Source: Spirochaetia bacterium
GTDB taxonomy: Bacteria; Spirochaetota; Spirochaetia; CAKZLE01
Reading direction: 5' to 3'
Assembly: GCA_963677595.1 (NCBI GenBank)
Contig: OY782041.1
Location: 2,048,001-2,112,000, forward strand
Length of the DNA: 64,000 bases
How positions within the stretch are numbered: position 1 is the stretch's first letter; each line of letters begins with the position of its first letter. The notes under the pieces are model-generated. The model had not been told where the DNA came from and searched no databases. It saw only the letters and a list, made by a program, of their open reading frames with translations. Of the stretch, positions 38,309-47,419 are shown piece by piece. The position numbers and the translations under genes are program-made.

Positions 38309-39241
38309 ATGAAAAAGTTATTAACCGTTAGCCTATTTCTCATAACCTCTCTGGTACTCTACAGTGTGGAGCAGACTCTGATCATCAATGAGGTAGCCTC
38401 GACAGGCCCCTATGAGTTCATAGAGCTCTATAATTCTGGGAACACCCCGCTCGAGCTCGATGAGCGATGGAGCCTTATCGATTCAAAAGAGGGTATAGCC
38501 GATGGGGATAAGCCGATACAGATCCCCGACGGGACGATCCTGGAGGCTGGCGGCTACCTCGTCATAGCCCCGTACAAGGCTCAGCTGCTCTCCAAGGCGG
38601 TCCCGGAGAACATACCCGAGGGAGTCCTTGCGATAGAATCGTTCAAGCTCGGCTCTCTTGATGAGGTGACGCTCCGGTTCAACGGTACGGTGATCGATAC
38701 CGTCTCCTGGGAGACGAGCGTGAACACGATTGGCCGGGACCCGGAGGATCCGGAGAACTTCATATCGGGGATCCTAATTCCGACCCCGGGCGAGAAGAAC
38801 AGGAGGGATCTGGTAAACCAGGGGAAGACCCTGATCATGATCAACGAGGTCTGCTCCAAGGGGATCGATTTCGTCGAGCTCTATAACGGCAGCAGTGCCG
38901 ACTACACCTTCACCGAAGGGGACTGGGAAGTTCATGACAGCAGGAGGGTAGACCGGTTCACCATCCCTGCGGGGACGGTGATCAAGGCAGGGGAATACCT
39001 GGTACTGTATCCAGACCTCCTGCGGCTGCCGCTGTCAGCCCCGAAGGGTTCGCTTGCCTCGACGGAAGGGAGCCGGTTCGGGTTCAGCGAACGTGATACC
39101 GTTTATCTCCGGTATAAGGATGTGATCGCCGACATGACGAGCTGGACGATGCACGTGACGAGCAAGGGGCGATACCCCGACGGTGCGGATACATGGGATG
39201 ATGACCTGGTAATGACTCCGGGAAGGGTAAACAGGGACTGA
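38309..39241 (+). CDS. Secreted protein with two lamin-tail domains (LTD)
   Basis: Signal peptide; two repeats of IINEV...FIELYN...TPG..N. Confidence 0.82.
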   Translation: MKKLLTVSLFLITSLVLYSVEQTLIINEVASTGPYEFIELYNSGNTPLELDERWSLIDSKEGIADGDKPIQIPDGTILEAGGYLVIAPYKAQLLSKAVPENIPEGVLAIESFKLGSLDEVTLRFNGTVIDTVSWETSVNTIGRDPEDPENFISGILIPTPGEKNRRDLVNQGKTLIMINEVCSKGIDFVELYNGSSADYTFTEGDWEVHDSRRVDRFTIPAGTVIKAGEYLVLYPDLLRLPLSAPKGSLASTEGSRFGFSERDTVYLRYKDVIADMTSWTMHVTSKGRYPDGADTWDDDLVMTPGRVNRD

Positions 39242-39243
39242 GT

Positions 39244-41901
39244 ATGCGAAATAAGACTATATTCACCATAGTGCTGACCCTTATCAGTCTCTCATTCCTC
39301 ACCGGCTGTGCCACGATGGAAGAGGAGAAACAGCTGCCAGCCTACACCCCAGAACGGTTCGCCTCGGTGGTCACCAGCCGTACTGCTGCCGTAAAGGAAG
39401 TCGAGCCTCCCACGGTGGTGATCAATGAGGTCTCCCTCTGGAACCACTCGGAGTATGAAGCGCTCGATGGGGAGTTCCCCCACTGGCTGGAACTCAAGAA
39501 CTATTCAGATGTCCCCCAGCAGCTCGAGGGGTGGAAGCTCATCCTCCATGATCAGGACGGGACGGAGTTGAAGTTCCCGGCCTTCCCGGCAGTGGAACTA
39601 AAACCCGGCGGGATCAGGATGATCGTTTTCGTCCCCAAGCTCTCATCGCTGCCGGTCAGGGGAGCCATACGGTTCGGGGCAGACCTCCCTGACACGACTG
39701 CTTCGATCGAGCTGGTCGACGGTACTGGAGTGCAGGTCGACCTCTTCACGATCCTGCCGGGGAAACCCTATGACTGGTATGCACCGATCGAACGGGACTA
39801 CTCCCAGCTGCGTGATGCCCGTCTCCTGAGTGAGGTGCGGATCGGGACGGTCGCTACCCCGGGAATCGAGAACGATAGCGTCATCTCAGGGCCGGGATTC
39901 ACTGCAGACTCAGGCTTCTACCCCGAGATGGTCAATCTGGAGTTCGATACCGAACGGCTTCCCGAGGGGTATCAGATACGGTACACGATCAACGACGGTC
40001 TTGTTTGGGATGATGACATCTACTATGGGAAACGGGACTGGGATTACCCGACCATGGCCAGCGGGATCGAGTATACCGGCCCGGTCACATTGACGGAGAC
40101 ATCAGTAGTGAAGGCAAGGGTCTACTCCCCGACCGGCGCCTGCGGCCCGATGGAGATGAAGAGTTTTTTCGTAGGAGAGGAGACATCGCTGCCGATCGTC
40201 TCATTGACCACCGACCCGGCTGACCTGTGGGATGATGTAGAAGGAATCTATACTGCCGGAACTGATCCGGATGCGCCGAATTATGCAGAGAAGGCCTTCC
40301 GCCAGGTTCATTTCGAATACTTCGGTACTAATACCGCAGCTTCCCCGCTAATTGACGAAGATTATATTTTCAGGATCTATGGTCTCTCCTCACGGGGGTA
40401 TCCTCAGAAATCGATGGCGTTCTATGCGAAGGAGCCGGGGACCACGGACCGGATCCCGAATGAGTTCTTCCACACAGGATCGGCGAAGGATATAGAGTCC
40501 TTCTATTCGATCGTCCTGCGTAACTCGGGCGGTGATAACCCGAGGACGATGTTCCGGGATGCCATGGCAACCGATCTTGCTACCGGGTACGATCTCGAGA
40601 AGCAGGATTACTCACCGATGATCCTCTTCATCAACGGTCAGTACTGGGGGATCTACAACATCCGGGAGAAGATCAACGAGTACTTCATCGAGGACAATAC
40701 CGGGGTAGACCCGAAGGGTATAGACCTCATCGAAGGGTCATACCGTGATTCCATGGAGGTGAAGGAGGGCTCCTTCGATGCCCTTGATGAACTGCTGAAC
40801 CTGACACGGACGGTAGACCCCAAGTTCGCTGTCACCTACAGGATGTATGAGGAGCTCGTCGATATCGATAACTTCATTGATTATGTCATCTTCCAGGTGT
40901 TCATAAACAACGGGGACTGGCCCTGGAGCAACACGAAGATGTGGAGGCCGAGGACAGAGGATGGGAAGTGGCGATTCATCATGTTCGATACTGATGAGAG
41001 CATGGATACCGAGGAGTACAACACCCAGTTCTTCCCTGATGAAGGCTACCCCAAAGGCCGACCTGACTTCGATATGATCTCGTATGTCTACTCAGAGGAG
41101 AACAGCTCGATCGTCAGCAAGCTCTTCAGGCAGCTGATGAGGAATGAGGAGTTCCATGAGAGATTCATCAGCCGCTTCGCCTATTTGCTCGATACGCATC
41201 TCACTGCGGAGATGCTCCAGGGGAAGGTGGATAACCATGTCTCCCTCATCCGGGCAGAGATGCCGCGGCATACAGAACGATGGACATTCACAGATGAGGT
41301 AACCGGTGAAAGTTCATATAAGACCATGGAGATCTGGGAGCATGAGGTCCAGGTGGTCAGGGACTTCTCTGACCAGAGGGGCGGGTATATAACACAGTAC
41401 CTCTCTGATTTTTCCGAACGTGTGCAGCCGTATGAGCAAGTCCTGCTGGCTAATGGTGACTTCGAGGATGAGGATCTCTCGATGTGGAATATGGTCTGGT
41501 CAGAGGATATGGTACACAGCGAGGTCATCGAGGTTGACGGTTCGAGAGTAGGGTACCTGAAGGTCCTGGAGGGCGGTGAGAACCCCTGGGACGCTGTTGC
41601 CTATGTCTATGATGATATCATGGTCGAGGGTGAGGAGCAGCTGAGGCTCTCCTTTGACATGAAGGTCGGCAATAAGCTCAAGGGTGATGAGCTCGTCCGT
41701 GTGATCCTCCTGGAGTCAGACTCCTATGAGACCATCGCAGTGAAGGATTTCTCTCCTACCCAGAAGTGGGATACGTTCCGGATGACCTTCACCTATGAGC
41801 ATCCCACGATCTTCACCGGCCGGCTGCAGTTCCGGATAGGGAACCTGGGGACCGGACAGGAAGTCTTCCTTGATAACATAACGCTTGAAGAAGTGGAGTG
41901 A
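39244..41901 (+). CDS. CotH-family kinase lipoprotein (LTD, Fn3-like, CotH, CBM4/9-like)
   Basis: Lipobox FLTGC; VINEV LTD; SGFY...IRYT; RGYPQKS, LRNSG, NGQYWGIYNIREK, DWPWSN, WRFIMFDTD; C-terminal LLANGDFE. Confidence 0.88.
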   Translation: MRNKTIFTIVLTLISLSFLTGCATMEEEKQLPAYTPERFASVVTSRTAAVKEVEPPTVVINEVSLWNHSEYEALDGEFPHWLELKNYSDVPQQLEGWKLILHDQDGTELKFPAFPAVELKPGGIRMIVFVPKLSSLPVRGAIRFGADLPDTTASIELVDGTGVQVDLFTILPGKPYDWYAPIERDYSQLRDARLLSEVRIGTVATPGIENDSVISGPGFTADSGFYPEMVNLEFDTERLPEGYQIRYTINDGLVWDDDIYYGKRDWDYPTMASGIEYTGPVTLTETSVVKARVYSPTGACGPMEMKSFFVGEETSLPIVSLTTDPADLWDDVEGIYTAGTDPDAPNYAEKAFRQVHFEYFGTNTAASPLIDEDYIFRIYGLSSRGYPQKSMAFYAKEPGTTDRIPNEFFHTGSAKDIESFYSIVLRNSGGDNPRTMFRDAMATDLATGYDLEKQDYSPMILFINGQYWGIYNIREKINEYFIEDNTGVDPKGIDLIEGSYRDSMEVKEGSFDALDELLNLTRTVDPKFAVTYRMYEELVDIDNFIDYVIFQVFINNGDWPWSNTKMWRPRTEDGKWRFIMFDTDESMDTEEYNTQFFPDEGYPKGRPDFDMISYVYSEENSSIVSKLFRQLMRNEEFHERFISRFAYLLDTHLTAEMLQGKVDNHVSLIRAEMPRHTERWTFTDEVTGESSYKTMEIWEHEVQVVRDFSDQRGGYITQYLSDFSERVQPYEQVLLANGDFEDEDLSMWNMVWSEDMVHSEVIEVDGSRVGYLKVLEGGENPWDAVAYVYDDIMVEGEEQLRLSFDMKVGNKLKGDELVRVILLESDSYETIAVKDFSPTQKWDTFRMTFTYEHPTIFTGRLQFRIGNLGTGQEVFLDNITLEEVE

Positions 41902-41903
41902 AT

Positions 41904-42881
41904 ATGAGCAGAAATCTAGTAAGAGGTATGCTGGCCGCGGCTGTGATCCTGGTCATGCTGGGCTGTGAGACGACCAGGCAGCCAGAAGAAGTAGTGCCGG
42001 CAGAATCTGTGGTCGTGGTCCCTGACCCGATCCCGGCAAGCCCTGAGCTGGTCGTCATCAACGAGGCGGCCTCCATCGGTGATTATGAGTTCATCGAGCT
42101 CTTCAGCCTCTCTGAGGCCCCGCTGGTCTTCTCAGACGGCTGGGTCCTCTCCGATGACGGGAAGGGATACGAGGACGGGGATATCCCCTTCGTCATCCCC
42201 GAGGGGACTGAGATGGCTCCCTACGGCTACCTGCTGATCTGTCCCTTCTCTGCCGAGGATGCCAAGAGTGTGCTCAATGACAAGGACCTGCCCGCGGATG
42301 CCCTCTGTGACATCTCCTTTTCCCTTGGGGACAGCGACTCAGTGACCCTCTACTACGGCACTATGGTCGTAGACTCCCTCTCCTGGACGAGCGATGTAAA
42401 CTCCGCCGGGCGGGTCGAGGACGGGTTCCCGGAACTGAGCACGATGCTCAGGCCTACCCCCGGCAGGGCAAACCGGCCTGAGGGGATCGATGACGATACC
42501 GGCATCCTGATCAACGAGATCTGTTCGAAAGGGGATGACTATGTGGAGCTCATCAACGCCGGCACGAAAGCCTTTACCTTCCAGCCGAACTCCTGGTATC
42601 TCGAGGATGCGAGGAAGAAGCGGGACATCATGATAGCCGGGGGGCTGAGGCTCAAACCGGGGGAAGTGCATCTCATCTACACCGGGCAGGCTGCCGATCC
42701 TCTGAAGCTCGGGAGTGCCGATACCGTCATCCTGCGTCATGGGGATGATATGGTCGACTGGTACGCATGGAGCGAGCATGTGGAGAGTATCGGCCGGGAT
42801 CCCGATGACGTTGGGACCTGGACCGTGATGGCAAAGACCCCTGGTGAGACGAATACGACAGCTGCCACGGAGACTGAGTGA
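41904..42881 (+). CDS. Lipoprotein with two lamin-tail domains
   Basis: Lipobox MLGC; VINEAAS..YEFIEL and LINEICSKGDDYVEL...TPGETN; paralogous to 38309-39241. Confidence 0.82.
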   Translation: MSRNLVRGMLAAAVILVMLGCETTRQPEEVVPAESVVVVPDPIPASPELVVINEAASIGDYEFIELFSLSEAPLVFSDGWVLSDDGKGYEDGDIPFVIPEGTEMAPYGYLLICPFSAEDAKSVLNDKDLPADALCDISFSLGDSDSVTLYYGTMVVDSLSWTSDVNSAGRVEDGFPELSTMLRPTPGRANRPEGIDDDTGILINEICSKGDDYVELINAGTKAFTFQPNSWYLEDARKKRDIMIAGGLRLKPGEVHLIYTGQAADPLKLGSADTVILRHGDDMVDWYAWSEHVESIGRDPDDVGTWTVMAKTPGETNTTAATETE

Positions 42882-43496
42882 TCAATCCCGCCCCTCATAG
42901 TGCTGGACATAGTAGGGATACCTGTTCGCGTCATAGATGACCTCGATCACGGCGGTGTCACGAAGGAAGTTGATGCCGCCGATCTTCACGTCGAGGATCT
43001 CGATGCCCAGGCGTTCTTCCAGGTCCTTGATCAATGCTTCCCTATGCTCCGGCCTGATCAGATCGATCTTCTCATACCGTACGGTAAAATTCCCATGCAT
43101 CCGCTTGAACCAGAAGAGCTCGAGGATGAAGGCGCACAGGAGGATGATGGCATTGACCATGAGGATGATCCAGGTCTGGTAGCCCACTGAGGTGAGGGAG
43201 TTGATCACCGAGAGGGTGATCGACAGGAAGAGATAGGTCATCTCCCGTACCTGTACCGGCAGGGTTCGGTAGCGCATGATGCCGAAGATGGCGAAGAGTC
43301 CCAGTGCCAGGCCGAGCTCCATGTTGATGCTCGAGAGCAGGTAGCAGAGGAAGAAGACCGTCATGCCGACGATGATGTAGGTGAAGACGAACTCCTTCTT
43401 CTTCGACCTCGGGTAGTAGAGGAAGCCTGCGGTGATGATGAGCATGGCGACAGTGATGATGAACCTGATGATCAGGTCTAATATGGCTCCGTTCAT
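42882..43496 (-). CDS. DUF4956 family membrane protein
   Basis: LGLALGLFAIFGIMRYRT...REMTYLF; C-terminal YEKIDLI...LIKDLEERLG. Confidence 0.88.
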   Translation of the reverse strand: MNGAILDLIIRFIITVAMLIITAGFLYYPRSKKKEFVFTYIIVGMTVFFLCYLLSSINMELGLALGLFAIFGIMRYRTLPVQVREMTYLFLSITLSVINSLTSVGYQTWIILMVNAIILLCAFILELFWFKRMHGNFTVRYEKIDLIRPEHREALIKDLEERLGIEILDVKIGGINFLRDTAVIEVIYDANRYPYYVQHYEGRD

Positions 43497-44281
43497 GATG
43501 ATAACCTCTCTATGAGCATGAGATGCTGCTTGAAATTGTTGTATTTCAGCTTCGGGTCCAGCGAGGCTGAACCGAGGCAGTACTTGCTGAAGGACCCGGC
43601 ATGGATCCCATGGCGTTTAAGTATCTGGCTGAACCCCAGGTGGGGGACCGGCCCCTGGTGCTTGATCTCCGCGATCACGAGACCGGGCACTGAACGGGAG
43701 CTCCTCCCGTCAGCATACTCGAGCATCGTGTCGATGGTGATGCGCTCCTCCCGGTTCGCGTGGACCAGGGTGATACGGGAGAAATCGACCCTGACGGCGA
43801 AAGCGAAGTCGGCAAAGTGGTAGGGGGTACAGCCGGAGACCAGCGCCTCGATCCTGGTAACAGCTTCCGGGTCCTCAAGGCAGGCTGCTATCCCGGTATA
43901 GCCCGTCAGCGGGATGCGCTGCTTGTTCGTCTTCCCCTTGTATTTCTCCTTGACCTCAGCGAAGATGAGGTCGAACCCCGTATAGGAGCGGATCCTGAAC
44001 TTGTACCGGTGTGACTTCCCATTATGGTGGGCCTTGTACAGGGCCTTGTCCGGGGTGTCGTAATACCAGGTCTCATAGGGGAAGAGCTGCCATCCCGCCT
44101 CTGTCGTGACCATATACTCCTCCCGGCAGCTGGAAAGGACTCCCTGCAGTTCTGAGAAGGGGAAGGTGTACTTGGTGTCATACCGGTCGAGCAGCTGGAT
44201 GGAGCTCGTCTCCTTCAGGGAGATGGTCTCGAACCCCTCAAGGAAGCCGGTGATGACTGATCCGGTGATCTCTTCGCTCAT
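43493..44281 (-). CDS. VTC-domain (polyphosphate polymerase, CYTH tunnel) protein
   Basis: LLDRYDTKY, YYDTP, HNGKSHRYKFRIRSY, EVK, RITID, IAEIK, FSKYCLG. Confidence 0.88.
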   Translation of the reverse strand: MSEEITGSVITGFLEGFETISLKETSSIQLLDRYDTKYTFPFSELQGVLSSCREEYMVTTEAGWQLFPYETWYYDTPDKALYKAHHNGKSHRYKFRIRSYTGFDLIFAEVKEKYKGKTNKQRIPLTGYTGIAACLEDPEAVTRIEALVSGCTPYHFADFAFAVRVDFSRITLVHANREERITIDTMLEYADGRSSRSVPGLVIAEIKHQGPVPHLGFSQILKRHGIHAGSFSKYCLGSASLDPKLKYNNFKQHLMLIERLSS

Positions 44282-44418
44282 CTATACCTCGCCCCTCTAG
44301 AGTACCATGGGCTGATTTCAAAAATCAAAAGATATATTCCCTGTTCGTGTCGATTTCTTGTGAATCACGCCGGGATAAGAAAAAACTGAAAAAAGTTAAT
44401 CCATATTAATAAAGATTA

Positions 44419-44476
44419 TTGACATGAAAACCAACTAGTGTTAGTCTGGTATCACAAAGTTAGAAAGGTATAACTT
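44419..44476 (+). promoter_or_regulatory. feo promoter with candidate DtxR-family operator
   Basis: TTGACA 44419-44424, N17, TAGTCT 44442-44447 preceded by TG; inverted repeat AAGTTA-N8-TAACTT at 44457-44476. Confidence 0.65.
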
Positions 44477-44489
44477 CAGGAGATGAGAT

Positions 44490-44780
44490 ATGAGTTTCAG
44501 AGGACGAATGAGAAGAAGGCATGGGATGTGCGGCGCCCATCACCAGGGGCACTGCTGCAGGCTCGAGCATCTGGGTCCGGGTGCCCGGGCGGTGATCGAG
44601 ACGCTCACCTGTCAGGGAGGCTCGAAGCGGAAGCTCCTCTCCCTCGGCATGATCCCCGGGAAAGAGGTGACCTGCCTGCGGGGAGCAGGGGGCAGCGGGC
44701 TCTGTGTACGGGTCGGGACGAGCGAGTTCTTCATCAACAGCGATATGGCAAGACAGATCCAAGTGAGGTATGTATCATGA
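44490..44780 (+). CDS. feoA: FeoA family protein with His/Cys-rich N-terminus
   Basis: KLLSLGMIPGKEV SH3-like core; first gene of the feo operon. Confidence 0.8.
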   Translation: MSFRGRMRRRHGMCGAHHQGHCCRLEHLGPGARAVIETLTCQGGSKRKLLSLGMIPGKEVTCLRGAGGSGLCVRVGTSEFFINSDMARQIQVRYVS

Positions 44781-45013
44781 TCAGGAATATAGTGGATATG
44801 AACCCGGGGGACATCGCGGTGGTCACGGGATTCCAGGCACGGGGCGGGAGCTACCGGAGGAAACTCCTCTCGATGGGTGTCACGAGAGGTGTGAAGATCG
44901 AGTTCATCAAGGCAGCCCCGCTGGGAGACCCGGTGGAGATCAGGGTGCGAGGCTATTCCCTCAGCCTGCGAAAGGAAGAGGCTGCGGTCCTCGAACTCGG
45001 GGAGGGTGCATGA
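44777..45013 (+). CDS. feoA: FeoA family protein
   Basis: RRKLLSMGVTRG...APLGDPVEIRVRGYSLSLRKEEA. Confidence 0.92.
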   Translation: MIRNIVDMNPGDIAVVTGFQARGGSYRRKLLSMGVTRGVKIEFIKAAPLGDPVEIRVRGYSLSLRKEEAAVLELGEGA

Positions 45014-47307
45014 TGGGTAAAGATAACCATGGTATTCGCCTGGCCCTGGCTGGGAACCCGAACTGCGGGAAGACCACGATCTTCAACGCCTTCACCGGCA
45101 GCGACCAGCGGGTGGGCAACTGGCCCGGGGTCACGGTCGAGAAGAAGGAGGGGCACTTCTCCTTCGATACGATCTCAGGCTCAGTGATCGACCTGCCCGG
45201 TATCTACTCGCTCAACCCCGATTCCTCCGATGAGGTCGTCTCGAGGAAGTACCTCTGCTCTACCGATTATGACCTGGTGGTCAATGTCGTGGACGCATCG
45301 AACCTCGAGCGCAACCTCTACCTGACGACCCAGCTGCGGGAGATGGACATCCCGGTAGTCGTGGTGCTCAACAAGGGTGACCTGGCACGGAAGAACGGGT
45401 ACACCGTCAATACTGAGGAGCTGGCAAGGGCATTGGATGCCCCGGTGATCCCGATCAGCGCGGTCGTCGAGGAGGACCTGGTATCGCTGGAGAAGGAGCT
45501 CGAGAGGATCCTATCGACCCGTAACCGGCTGGACGGGCGTTTCTCGGTCTCCTATCCTGCGGCAGTCGAGCAGTTCGTGAAGTCTTTCACGGTCCCGGCA
45601 GCTGCCTCTGAGGAGGAGCGGCATATTGGGAAACGGGCACTGGCCCTCTCCCTGCTCGAGCGGGACCCCGTGGTCTCCGCGCTGCTCTCTCACCATGGGT
45701 TAGATATGACCACCCTGGAAGAGGATATCCAAGCCGTGGAGAAGGCCTGCGGCGATGACCTCGATATCATCCTGGCTGAGAGTCGGTATGCACGGATCGC
45801 CGAGCTCCAGGGTGCGATCGTGAACACCGGGACGCAGGAGAAGAAGTTCGACCTGGACAGGGTGATCATGCACCGCTTCTGGGGTGTCCCGATCTTCTTC
45901 GGGGTCATGTACCTGATGTTCGTCATCACCATGACGCTCGGCGGAGCCTTCATCGACTTCTTCGATATCTTCGCCGGCACGATCTTCGTCGACGGGTTCG
46001 GGACCCTGCTCACGTCGGTAGGGTCTCCCGACTGGCTCACGACCTTCCTGGCGGGAGGGATCGGCGGCGGTATCCAGACGATCGCCACCTTCATCCCCCC
46101 GATCTTCTTCATGTTCCTCATGCTCGGCATCCTCGAGGACTCCGGGTACATGGCTCGGGCAGCCTTCGTCATGGACCGCTTCATGCGGTTCGTGGGACTG
46201 CCGGGGAAGGCTTTCATCCCGATGCTCGTCGGCTTCGGCTGTACGGTACCCGCCATCATGGCGACCCGGACGCTCGAGAACAAGCGGGACCGTTTTCTCG
46301 CGATCTTCATGACCCCGTTCATGTCCTGCGGGGCAAGGCTCCCCGTGTACGCGCTCTTCGCTGCGGCATTCTTCGGGGCCAGGGCAGGTTCGGTCGTCTT
46401 CTCGATCTACATGGTCGGGATCATCCTGGCGATCCTTACCGGACTGCTACTGAAGAGTACGCTCTTCAAGGGGGATTTTTCTCCTTTCATCATGGAGCTG
46501 CCTGAGTATAACAGGCCGCACCTGCTGAAATCGGTGAAGTACGGCTGGGACCGGCTGAAGATCTTCATGGTCAGGGCTGGGAAGGTCATCGTCGTCGTAG
46601 TCGTGATCCTCACCGTACTCGGGAGTGTCGGGACCGACGGTTCCTTCGGCAATGAGGACACAGATTCATCCATCCTCTCGGTCATCGGGAAGGGGATCAC
46701 ACCTATCTTCACCCCAATGGGCGTCAGGGAGGAGAATTGGCCTGCGACCGTGGGGCTCTTCACCGGGATCTTCGCGAAGGAGGCAGTGGTCGGGACCTTG
46801 AACACGCTCTATTCAGCAGGCGAGGAGCCGGCGGAGGAAGAGGCCTTCGAGTTCTTCCCCTCGCTCTGGAGCGCCTTCACCGTCCTTGGTGAGAACCTCC
46901 TCGGCGTCTTCTCCGGGGCTGCTGACCCGCTCGGGCTTGGGATCGTGGAGGGCGATGAAGCGAACGTCGCTGCATCAGTTGAGGCAGATGCGGTCGTCTT
47001 CCAGCGGCTGCGGGAGAACTTCACCCCTGTCTCAGGCTATGCCTACATGCTCTTCATCCTGATCTATTTCCCTTGTGTCGCCGTACTTGGGGCGGTCTTC
47101 AGGGAAGCAGGCAGTTTCTACGGGACGCTGCAGGCGATCTACCTCACACTCCTGGCTTGGGTGGTGTCAGTGCTCTTTTATCAGATCGGGGAGGGTCATT
47201 CCCCCGTCTGGATCTCTACGGCGGTGGCGATAGCCCTGGGAATATTCTTGAGCCTGAAGCTTCTCGGCAGGAGGGAGAAGAAGATCCTCGCATCCAGTTA
47301 TCTGTAG
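45010..47307 (+). CDS. feoB: Ferrous iron transporter B
   Basis: GNPNCGKT, VGNWPGVTVE, DLPG, NKGD, GFGCTVPA, MSCGARLPVY. Confidence 0.96.
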   Translation: MMGKDNHGIRLALAGNPNCGKTTIFNAFTGSDQRVGNWPGVTVEKKEGHFSFDTISGSVIDLPGIYSLNPDSSDEVVSRKYLCSTDYDLVVNVVDASNLERNLYLTTQLREMDIPVVVVLNKGDLARKNGYTVNTEELARALDAPVIPISAVVEEDLVSLEKELERILSTRNRLDGRFSVSYPAAVEQFVKSFTVPAAASEEERHIGKRALALSLLERDPVVSALLSHHGLDMTTLEEDIQAVEKACGDDLDIILAESRYARIAELQGAIVNTGTQEKKFDLDRVIMHRFWGVPIFFGVMYLMFVITMTLGGAFIDFFDIFAGTIFVDGFGTLLTSVGSPDWLTTFLAGGIGGGIQTIATFIPPIFFMFLMLGILEDSGYMARAAFVMDRFMRFVGLPGKAFIPMLVGFGCTVPAIMATRTLENKRDRFLAIFMTPFMSCGARLPVYALFAAAFFGARAGSVVFSIYMVGIILAILTGLLLKSTLFKGDFSPFIMELPEYNRPHLLKSVKYGWDRLKIFMVRAGKVIVVVVVILTVLGSVGTDGSFGNEDTDSSILSVIGKGITPIFTPMGVREENWPATVGLFTGIFAKEAVVGTLNTLYSAGEEPAEEEAFEFFPSLWSAFTVLGENLLGVFSGAADPLGLGIVEGDEANVAASVEADAVVFQRLRENFTPVSGYAYMLFILIYFPCVAVLGAVFREAGSFYGTLQAIYLTLLAWVVSVLFYQIGEGHSPVWISTAVAIALGIFLSLKLLGRREKKILASSYL

Positions 47308-47338
47308 GAAAAAAGAATAGTATCGTATATGTGTATCT

Positions 47339-47375
47339 GGCCTGGCAGGTAGAGCCGTACCTGCCAGGCCGTTTC
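47339..47375 (+). terminator. 13-bp stem-loop after feoB
   Basis: GGCCTGGCAGGTA-GAGCCG-TACCTGCCAGGCC-GTTTC. Confidence 0.65.
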
Positions 47376-47419
47376 GGTTATGGATAGAGATCCGATTCTA
47401 TGCTACAGTATGGACAGGT

